This document shows, in pieces, positions 47,580 to 56,800 of a DNA stretch of 64,000 bases. Origin of the DNA: a phage; assembly GCA_011911785.1 (NCBI GenBank), contig GCA_011911785.1_4084.1; one strand, 5' to 3'. The notes below the pieces were generated by a model. The model saw only the letters and a list, made by a program, of their open reading frames with translations. It did no database searches and was not told where the DNA came from. Every line of letters begins with the position of its first letter. The stretch's first letter is position 1. The position numbers and the translations under genes are program-made.

Positions 47580-49283
47580 TTATTGGAAACGAGCATACGG
47601 TGGAAATCTGGTTTGGTCAGGTTCATCTTGTTGGATTACACCGAATACAACAGGAACAGCAATAAATTTCTCATCTGGACAAATAACTTCAATTAATTGA
47701 CCACGCATTTTTACAAAATTATCAGTCATTATTGGAATTGTATAGTCGTATACACAGTCAACTGGTGTATAATTAACTGTAACATAACGTCTTTCATTAG
47801 GCGACATATCTGAAACTTTTGCAGGGTCTAACGAAATACCAGTCATTGGAGTACTAGTACAATTAATTATTAGTACATCTGAGTTAAAGTTTGCTGCTGA
47901 TGTAGGTGGACATACATACGACACAGTGACTGGAGAATATGGTTTAGTTGTACCAAAAAACTTCAATGTTAAATCTGTATTAGATGAACCATTGTGTTTT
48001 GCCACATCCGATGATGATTGCCAATGACCATCAGGAAGATATGAATATTCTGGAATTAACACATAATCAAATTTTACATTATTTTTGTTATACGATGATG
48101 TTGAAATATCCCCTTGTACTTTAATAGTATGTTTTTGGTCTGGGAATTTCAATCCAGTTGCTTTTGGTAATATACCAGATGCACGAACAGTGTTAGAAGA
48201 TACTTTTCCATCCAGAGATACCGCAGTAACCATGATTGAAGGTTGTGTTGGATTGTATGATGGTCCATCCCCAACTGGCTTAGTTTTAAAATATGCTCTT
48301 TCTGGAGTACTTTTATCTGCTAGATATACTAGATTCGGTGCATCATTGAACTTACAACCGTGGAATGTATTATCTGGAACATATGAGATATCAACATAAA
48401 ATTCATCACCAAAATTTAAAGTTCCAGGAACTGGATTTGATAGATTTATTATTTGAACTGATGGATAAGTTGTGTGGCATGTAAATGAAGCAGATGAACT
48501 ACCATCACTTGTGTGCCATGTAGAAACGACAGGAGTACTGGATTCTTCAATTACTGTAAAATGTGCACGGTATGGAGTACTGTCTGTTTCAAGACTCAAT
48601 ACATCTTTTGGGAAATCCCAATAACCACTTTCATTACCTAAGTATGGGTCATATAATATATCCACATAAAAATCAGTACCTTTTGGAGAAGACACTATTG
48701 ATGGATTAATTTTAACTTTAACATCAGGTTTGATAATATTACAGGTAACACCATCATAATCACCACCAACGTTACACACTAGTGTTTTAGGTTCACTATC
48801 TTTAGGTAAGACTAACGCTTTGAAATGAGCACGAGTGTCAGTACTGTCATTAATTTTCTCAAAATAAGTTGTATCAAATACCCAAGATGGATATCCTTTA
48901 TTCTTATCATATTCAACATCAATAAAGAAGTCATCCCCGACAATTACAGTAACATTCTTAGGTGTTAACTTAATTGGAACTGGTGCATCAGGATCAACAA
49001 CTGTAACATTACAAATTAGAGTTTGTGTTTTATCATAGGTTGGTACATATGAAACTGGAAATTTACCCGCTTTAATTGCAGTAAGGATTATCAGTGTTGG
49101 TGTTTCAGTGGTTGCAATTAAGCTTTTTTTATCATAATTCCAGTCCCCGACTTTCTGGTTATCAGGTGTATCAGAACTGAAATCTGCGAAAATTTGTTTA
49201 GTGTCACCAATTTTCATTTCCAAATGGGATGGATTTAATGTAACTGAAAACAAATTCTCTATATTTTTTACTTTCTTAGACAT
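47580..49283 (-). CDS. Ig-like repeat protein (putative virion fiber/adhesin)
   Basis: 567 aa; tandem ~90 aa repeats with G-D-x-F-x-[IV]-x-[IV]-x-Y-x-P ... R-A-H-F signature. Confidence 0.7.
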   Translation of the reverse strand: MSKKVKNIENLFSVTLNPSHLEMKIGDTKQIFADFSSDTPDNQKVGDWNYDKKSLIATTETPTLIILTAIKAGKFPVSYVPTYDKTQTLICNVTVVDPDAPVPIKLTPKNVTVIVGDDFFIDVEYDKNKGYPSWVFDTTYFEKINDSTDTRAHFKALVLPKDSEPKTLVCNVGGDYDGVTCNIIKPDVKVKINPSIVSSPKGTDFYVDILYDPYLGNESGYWDFPKDVLSLETDSTPYRAHFTVIEESSTPVVSTWHTSDGSSSASFTCHTTYPSVQIINLSNPVPGTLNFGDEFYVDISYVPDNTFHGCKFNDAPNLVYLADKSTPERAYFKTKPVGDGPSYNPTQPSIMVTAVSLDGKVSSNTVRASGILPKATGLKFPDQKHTIKVQGDISTSSYNKNNVKFDYVLIPEYSYLPDGHWQSSSDVAKHNGSSNTDLTLKFFGTTKPYSPVTVSYVCPPTSAANFNSDVLIINCTSTPMTGISLDPAKVSDMSPNERRYVTVNYTPVDCVYDYTIPIMTDNFVKMRGQLIEVICPDEKFIAVPVVFGVIQQDEPDQTRFPPYARFQ

Positions 49284-49295
49284 AATAGTTTTACC

Positions 49296-51185
49296 TCATC
49301 TATTATTGATTGTTAATATACAAGCATCTACTTTTGAATTTAACGTAATATACGTAATAGGTGTAGTAGTATCACCTGTAGATTTTAATGTTCTGAACTT
49401 TGCCTTATTAATTATACTACCATCATCTAGTCTCTCAACTAATGTATCATCGAACACCCATCTCCCTGCTGGATTTGCATCACTAGGTGTAAATGTTGCA
49501 ATAACATTAAACTCTTGATACAAATCTTTTGTTAGAGATTTTGGTGTTACAGCTACTGCTGTTGGTGACGGTTGTGCTTTAATAAGACAATATGCATCTG
49601 CACTTTTACCCTCCGAATTGTAAGTTATTTGTTGAAATTGATCTGATTCTTTTAGTGCTGTAAAATATCCAACGTCAGAGGTACTAATATCTTCTTTTTG
49701 GATGTAATTAGAATCATATGTCCAAGTTCCGCTATGGGCAGCAGTATCTGGTATATAATCTATGTTTATTGCAAATGTGGATGAAACAGTTACTGCTTGT
49801 GTTTGTGGTGAAAGTTTAATACTATCCAAGGGTTTATAGGGTGATATTCTACATATATTAGAATCATTTACGGATGCAGATGTATTTGATATAAATGTAA
49901 TAGTCATAGGGTCTGTATTATATTTCAATACTGTAAAAACACCACAATCATCAGTACTGGAATCGCTTAATTCAAATGTTTCTTTATCATATATCCATAT
50001 ACCACCATGAATGGAATAATCCGGTGTATAATTTACATTAATTTTAAAAGTATCACCTACATATACAGATTCAGTTTTCGGACTTAATGAAACACTACTT
50101 GGTGGTGTACTTGAATCGATTTTACATGTATTATACCCAATTCTATTAAGGGTTGAATATGATATTTGTAATGGTGTTGGAGTTTCATCTAAAACGAAGA
50201 ATCTTACATATTGACCAGCATTTGATTTATCTACCATACGAAGCTTTGTTGCATCATATAGCCATGTACCTAATGGATATGTACCAGGTGGATCGTATTC
50301 AACATTTATTGTGAAGTAGTCACCTTTTTTAACTTCTTCGGTTCCTGGTGAAAGTGTAATAGATTTAAGTTTTTGAATGTGGCATTTATTTTTAGCAGAT
50401 ACATTTCCAGAAACAAAGTAAGTTAAATCTATTCCTTCTGGTGGTGTTTCTTCTATTGCTTTAAAATGTGCTCTTACTGTTGAGTCAGTATCATTAATCA
50501 AAGATACTTTTGTTTGGTCATAGTTCCATATACCATTCTTTTCAGCATTACTTGGAACATATGTTATGTCAATATAAAAATCTTCATCTTCCGATACTAT
50601 TTCACTACTTGGGGATAGTATAACTTCTGACGCTTCTGTACTGGAAATATGACATTGGTTAGTGTCCTTAATATCATTGTATGAAAAAGATATTAATGTA
50701 GTTTGTTGTTCTGATGATATTACTTCAAATGTACCAACATCCATATCATCATTAATTAGTTTAAGCACTGCATGATCATATGTCCATTCACCAACATGTG
50801 GTGCATCATTTGGTGTGTAAGTCACATTTACATCAAATGTATCACCAAATGAAACAACTTCATTCTTAGGAGATAGCGTGATTTTTTCAAGTGGTGTTGT
50901 ATTAATATTCACATAGCAAACCCCTGATAGTAATGGATTTGTGTCTGGAATATAAGTTATTTTTGTTGATCCTTGTTTGAGTGCAGTGAATGAAAATGTA
51001 GTCGATGTAATATCAGGTGAATCACTACTAATAAATTCTGAATCATAAACCCACTTTCCTTTTTTATATGGATAGTTGACTGGATTGAAAACAACTTCTA
51101 ATACATCAGATTCTTGTATATCTATGTTTTCATACCTAGGTATAATTCTAACACTTATTAAAGTGTCGCTATTTTGATTAGTCAT
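49296..51185 (-). CDS. Ig-like repeat protein (putative virion fiber/adhesin)
   Basis: 629 aa; about 7 tandem repeats ...Y.P..A.H.G.W.YD...; 12 nt from downstream gene. Confidence 0.7.
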   Translation of the reverse strand: MTNQNSDTLISVRIIPRYENIDIQESDVLEVVFNPVNYPYKKGKWVYDSEFISSDSPDITSTTFSFTALKQGSTKITYIPDTNPLLSGVCYVNINTTPLEKITLSPKNEVVSFGDTFDVNVTYTPNDAPHVGEWTYDHAVLKLINDDMDVGTFEVISSEQQTTLISFSYNDIKDTNQCHISSTEASEVILSPSSEIVSEDEDFYIDITYVPSNAEKNGIWNYDQTKVSLINDTDSTVRAHFKAIEETPPEGIDLTYFVSGNVSAKNKCHIQKLKSITLSPGTEEVKKGDYFTINVEYDPPGTYPLGTWLYDATKLRMVDKSNAGQYVRFFVLDETPTPLQISYSTLNRIGYNTCKIDSSTPPSSVSLSPKTESVYVGDTFKINVNYTPDYSIHGGIWIYDKETFELSDSSTDDCGVFTVLKYNTDPMTITFISNTSASVNDSNICRISPYKPLDSIKLSPQTQAVTVSSTFAINIDYIPDTAAHSGTWTYDSNYIQKEDISTSDVGYFTALKESDQFQQITYNSEGKSADAYCLIKAQPSPTAVAVTPKSLTKDLYQEFNVIATFTPSDANPAGRWVFDDTLVERLDDGSIINKAKFRTLKSTGDTTTPITYITLNSKVDACILTINNR

Positions 51186-51206
51186 ATAATAACCTCCGGT
51201 ATAAAA

Positions 51207-51231
51207 GATGCCACCGAAATGGCATCTTTTT
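51207..51231. terminator. intra-operon hairpin / possible attenuator
   Basis: Stem GATGCCA/TGGCATC, loop CCGAAA, T-rich on both sides. Confidence 0.35.
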
Positions 51232-51243
51232 GTTTATTTGTAA

Positions 51244-53742
51244 TTAACGAATTATGAAACAGGTGGCATATGCTTCAGGTGGGGTTTGGTCAGGATTAAT
51301 TGGAGTACTGACAAATCTCATAGAGGTTGGACCTGTTGGAGCATTATCTTTAACTTTAAAGTGTGCAACATCCATAGTACTATCCTGTTGATATTCCAAT
51401 ATAGTTTCATCGACATACCATGTACCTTTATGTTGTGCACTTTCTGGTTCATATATAACTGTAACATAGAAATCACTTCCACTTGATGTTGGAATGCGGG
51501 ATGGTGTTATAGATACACTATCGGTGTTTGAAAATTCAATTGTACATGTATGCACTGCTTTATTTTTCCCATCACCATAATCATAAGTGATATCAGTATC
51601 CCCTGCCTCAACATTTTTTAAGACATAGAAACCAACTTCATCATGAGGGTAATCACTTGGCAAAAATGCAATCTTATCCATATCATAAGTCCATGTACCT
51701 TTATGTTTAGCATCGTCAGGATCGTAACTAACAACTATATTAATTGCGTCACCTGGTTTCAAGGTAGACTTCGGTGGAATTAATGAGATTGATTCAACGT
51801 CAGGATATTTCACTATACATTTATAATTCACTGGGTCAACACCATCTGGCTGGAATGAAAGAATTACACCATCTTCAGTTGTTGGTTTTAATGCTCTAAA
51901 CACAGTAACATCAGGAGTACATTTTTCTTTAACAAACTCAACGATGTCCGCTGGGTAGTTCCATTGTAGACGACCAGTATGTTGTGCAGTTAGAGGCATG
52001 TAGGTCATATTGATGGTAAATTCTTCACCAACTTCATGTGCACCATTATCGGGGGATATAGCAACACTGTCCAAATATGAATACCCAACTGTAATGTTAA
52101 ATGCAACAGCATTTTCCTCTTTCACACTTTCAGGAATAAAATAGACATTTGTTGATTTTGATGTTGATTTAGAACTCTTAACATACCCAACATCAGCAGT
52201 TGTTCCGGTCCCCATTGCTGCAACATCTTCATCTTCTATTTTCCATGTACCTGCATGTTTTGCTGTTTCTGGATTATAATTCACCTTAACAATACTGATA
52301 TCATCATACGAAATTACATCACTAGGTGGTGTATAGGAATACGATATCAAATCAGAATAATCTATTTTACAAGGATAAGAATACTTAGAATATCCAGAAT
52401 CGAAAGTTAGATTAATTGTATCATTTGGTAATCCTGCGGCAAATGTGGATTTAAGGGAAGAGAATGTATATAGATCATCTTGTGGTGCACCTGAAAGTTT
52501 CACATATTGTTCAACATCTTGTATATCCCAAATACCACTATGTCTAGCAGTGTCTGGATTATATTTCACTTTAACATTGAATACATCTAGTGCTTTGATT
52601 TCTTTTGATGGGGGATCAAATTCTATTGAAATTAAATCCGAATAGTCAGGAACTATATTGATTGCGTTTGATTGAACCCCACCAGATGATTGGAAATATA
52701 TTGGTAATGCTGAATCGAACGGTTTGATAGTACTGAAATATCCACGGGTATCAGTTGATTTAGCAGATTCAAATTTGAAATGCTCTTCATCAAAAACCCA
52801 TTTACCAGTTTTGTTTGCAGACGCTGGTTCGAATACCATATCAATGAAAAAGCCATTTGGTACTTTGACGATCTTATCATCGGATTGTGCTGTAATTGAT
52901 TTAACTGGTGAATAAGTTACAGTAACGTTACATTCAGCTTTTGCTTTATCATTACAAATATAGCTAATAGTACTGGCAGTTTGTGGTGGTGTACTTTTAA
53001 GTGCAATGAAGGTTGCACCATCTAAGCCACTTTTTGTTTCATTAAGACTGAAGACTTCCTCATCATATTTCCAAATTCCCATTTTATCCGCAGTTGTTGG
53101 ATCATATGTTAATGCTAGATAGAATGATTCACCAACTTCACAACTTACTGTTTGTGGGTCAATTGTAACTGAATTGATTGGGTTATTAGTTAAGAAGTAA
53201 TTACATTCTGCACTTACTGAACCTACTGATGCAGTTATTTTACCATTACAAGGGTCGGTTGATATAACATTAAACAATCCAGATTTTCTAGAACTAAGCA
53301 TTGGCACTAACGCAATTTGTGTGTTATCATAATCCCATACTGGTACGTCTATACCATTATCGGGTGAATATTCCACTTCAATGGTGAATTTATTAGGACT
53401 AAGCCCCGATGTCATTAAACTTGGGGTGAGTTTCATTGAACTCACTGATTGGTTTAATACTGTAATTGTACAAGTCGCTGATGATGATTTATTATCATCT
53501 GGTGTAAATGTAATGGTTGCTGTTCCTGTTTTTAGAGCAGTATAATCACATTGTAAACCACTTCTATATCCTATTTTAACAACGTCAGGATTATCACAAT
53601 CCCATTGACCTGCTTTATGTGTCCATGATTGTGGTTCATAGACTACGTTTAATTCAGATGTATCGTTAACATAGACCACTGAAGACCTACCTTCCTTAAA
53701 ATGAACGGAACGCAATGTTTCGAATTGATTTGTATTTTTCAT
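51244..53742 (-). CDS. Ig-like repeat protein (putative virion fiber/adhesin)
   Basis: 832 aa; about 9 tandem repeats of the same Y-x-P-x-x-A-x-H-x-G-x-W domain. Confidence 0.7.
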   Translation of the reverse strand: MKNTNQFETLRSVHFKEGRSSVVYVNDTSELNVVYEPQSWTHKAGQWDCDNPDVVKIGYRSGLQCDYTALKTGTATITFTPDDNKSSSATCTITVLNQSVSSMKLTPSLMTSGLSPNKFTIEVEYSPDNGIDVPVWDYDNTQIALVPMLSSRKSGLFNVISTDPCNGKITASVGSVSAECNYFLTNNPINSVTIDPQTVSCEVGESFYLALTYDPTTADKMGIWKYDEEVFSLNETKSGLDGATFIALKSTPPQTASTISYICNDKAKAECNVTVTYSPVKSITAQSDDKIVKVPNGFFIDMVFEPASANKTGKWVFDEEHFKFESAKSTDTRGYFSTIKPFDSALPIYFQSSGGVQSNAINIVPDYSDLISIEFDPPSKEIKALDVFNVKVKYNPDTARHSGIWDIQDVEQYVKLSGAPQDDLYTFSSLKSTFAAGLPNDTINLTFDSGYSKYSYPCKIDYSDLISYSYTPPSDVISYDDISIVKVNYNPETAKHAGTWKIEDEDVAAMGTGTTADVGYVKSSKSTSKSTNVYFIPESVKEENAVAFNITVGYSYLDSVAISPDNGAHEVGEEFTINMTYMPLTAQHTGRLQWNYPADIVEFVKEKCTPDVTVFRALKPTTEDGVILSFQPDGVDPVNYKCIVKYPDVESISLIPPKSTLKPGDAINIVVSYDPDDAKHKGTWTYDMDKIAFLPSDYPHDEVGFYVLKNVEAGDTDITYDYGDGKNKAVHTCTIEFSNTDSVSITPSRIPTSSGSDFYVTVIYEPESAQHKGTWYVDETILEYQQDSTMDVAHFKVKDNAPTGPTSMRFVSTPINPDQTPPEAYATCFIIR

Positions 53743-53832
53743 TATATAATCTCCTATAAATGAATTTGTATTATGGGGAACTTATAATTAAGCTCCCCGT
53801 CGAACGAGTTTATATTATACACCTCCGATATT

Positions 53833-56800
53833 TTAAAAATCTGCTGTTATGGTTATTGTCTTGGTAATCCCAGCCTCTTTAACTTCATACGTAAGCGTAA
53901 TTGGATTCTCTGGCTTCTTGATTAGATAAAAATGAACTATCGTTTTCATTGGAGGCCAGTTCACTGAAAGATACGTCTCGTCATAAGTTAATGTACCAGT
54001 ATATAACGCATCGTCAGGATGGTTTGTAAGGAATGCAACATACATTTTACCTAATGCTGTGATGTTTACATGATCAGACTTTGTGGTCTTTTCAATAAAA
54101 TCAACTGATACCAAAGGTGACGCAGTTGATACAATATGAACAGAATTAGTTGAATATGCATCATGACCTGTACCTTGGGTGTACTTAAATTTTACATCAA
54201 TCCCTTCTGGTGGAGTTTCTAATATTGTCATTAAGTTATGAGAATCACTAAAAACCTTATAATCATATGGAGGAAGTGCAACAACTGATTCATGTAATCT
54301 ACCATCACCTATTGCATCAGGTGGATTTACGGTCATAACTACATAGTTTCCATATGAGTTTGCTTTTGTTGTAAACGAATCTGGTGTTATGGTGAATGAT
54401 TCAACATATGGTCTTAGTGGAGTTATCTGTGCTGTTGCAGGAGCGTAACCAGGAATTGTATAAACTAAATCAAACGGAGCACCAAGCACTTCAGCAGTTT
54501 TATCCACTGGTATTTCATCCTCGTCAAAATAATCTATACCGTAAACTGGTTGTTGATAATAACTATCACCAACAGATGGATCGTAAGCTGTAACTTTAAA
54601 ATATGCTTCAGTCAATGTACTCTTAGCTGGGATATATTCGCAGTAGTTTAATGCCTCACCACTAAATGTACCAGCAAGTGGTATAACATTAGATGGTTTG
54701 AAAACAATATTAACTTTAAATTCCATACCTTTGTGGTAATCATTTTTACCAGGCAAACCAAGACTTATTGATTGTATAATATCATGAACAACCGTACATT
54801 TGTTTGTTGCAGTTTTACCCGAACTTGTATAAATCAATGAAATTGGATTTGGATCTGATTTCAATGCTTTAAAATGTGCACGGTCAGGGGTACTGTCTGA
54901 AAGTAATTCAAAATACCCAACTGCAACTGACCCATCAGATAAACTATAAGACCAAGAACCTTTATGATCTGCTGTATCAGGTGTATATGTGATATCAATA
55001 TAGAAATCATCACCAGCATCCAACTCTTCTGTAGCTGGAGATAATGAAATAGATTCCAATACACTATAATCAACATAACATATAGTTTTATTCGAAACAA
55101 TGTTACCACAAATAAACTGCAATTCTAACTCATCAACCGTTTTAATAGCTTTAAAGTGTGCACGGTCTGGTGTACTATCACTCTCAAGTGTTAAGTACTG
55201 GTCAAATCCAGATGTATTCCACGTACCAGTATGTTCAGCACTATCTGGTGTATATGTAATATCAATATAGAAATCATCACCAGTCTTCACTTCTATAGTA
55301 CTTGGCGAAATAGTAATTGCAGACAATGCACTATGTTGTATTGTACAAGTAGATGAACTAGATTTACCAGAACTGGTATATGTCAGTGTTATTGGTGAAC
55401 TGCTATATTTTTTAACTTGGAAGTGTGCTTTATCTGGAGTACTATCACTTTCAAGAGATAAGTATTCTTCAAAATCACTGGTATTCCATGTACCAATATG
55501 CTGTGCAGTATCAGGTGTATATGTGATATCAATATAGAAATCATCGCCAATAGCTGGAGTTACCGATTCAGGGGACAATTTAACATCAGTTAATTGTGAA
55601 TAAGGTATAACTGTTACATCAGCACTTTTCTTTGCACTAGTAAATGTTAACTTTTTAGAATCAGGTAGCTGTTTGATTACATCAAAATAAGCTTCACTTT
55701 CAGTACTTCTAGAGGTTAGATATGAGAAATAATCAGTTTCATAACTCCATTTACCAGATTTCAAAGCGGTATCCGGCACATAAGTTATAGTAACATCAAA
55801 CGTATCACCATCATTAACATTAATACTAGGTGGATTTACTGATACAGATTCTAACTTGTCATAAAGAATAGAGCATGTATTTTCTGTGGTTACACCAGCA
55901 CTAGAGAATGATATTTGTTGTGTACTTTCGGTTGATGGTGGCTTTGCAATAACTTCAAATACCCCAACATCGGCGGTGCTTTTTGATGTATCTAACTTAA
56001 GATATGTTTCATCATACGCCCAATCACCTTTATGTTCAGCAGTGCTTGGTTCGTATGTTATAGCAATATCAATAATATCACCAACTGATACGGTTTCATT
56101 ATCAGGTGATAATGTCAATTTAACCAACTTGTCATATTTCGCAGTACATGTATTTTCAGCATATTTTCCATTAGTACTGGTATATTTCAATACAGTTGGT
56201 GTATCTGAACGTTTGAGTACTTGGAATTGCTGCTGTTCATAATTAATTGGTTCAATCAATTTAATCATATCAGTATCATATTCCCATGTACCAATATGCT
56301 GAGCACTATCTGGTGTATAGGATATGTCTATTGTGAATGTATCACCATTCAAAACAGTTTCAGAATCAGGAGTTAAATCCACTGATGTTAATAAATCATA
56401 ACGTGCATCACATGTATTAGTTTTAGTGATTCCTGCACTAGTAAAAGATATTACCAATGGTGTATCAGATTTTTTCAGCACTTTAAATTGTGGTTTATCG
56501 TAATCATCTGGGTTCAATAACTCCAAATGGTCTTTATCATAATCCCATGTACCAATGTGTTGTGCTGTATCAGGTGTATATGTAATATCAATTACAAATG
56601 TTTCACCCAATGGGACAATTTCACTAGCTGGTGTTATTGAGAAATCGGTTAATTTATCATACTTAGCATCGCAAATACTATTACCCTTAACACTACCTTG
56701 TTCAAATGTTATTGTTAATGGAGTATCAGACTTTTTGATTACTGTAAAATTACCTTTCTCGTACTCAACACTTTGAGCCGCATTATATTGTAAGTACTCT

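Noticed and set aside
53776-53806. Terminator hairpin GGGGA...TCCCC between the 1881-aa and 832-aa genes
   Set aside because: Stem only 5 bp with a 14-nt loop and no clear U-run on the transcribed minus strand; too weak to call.
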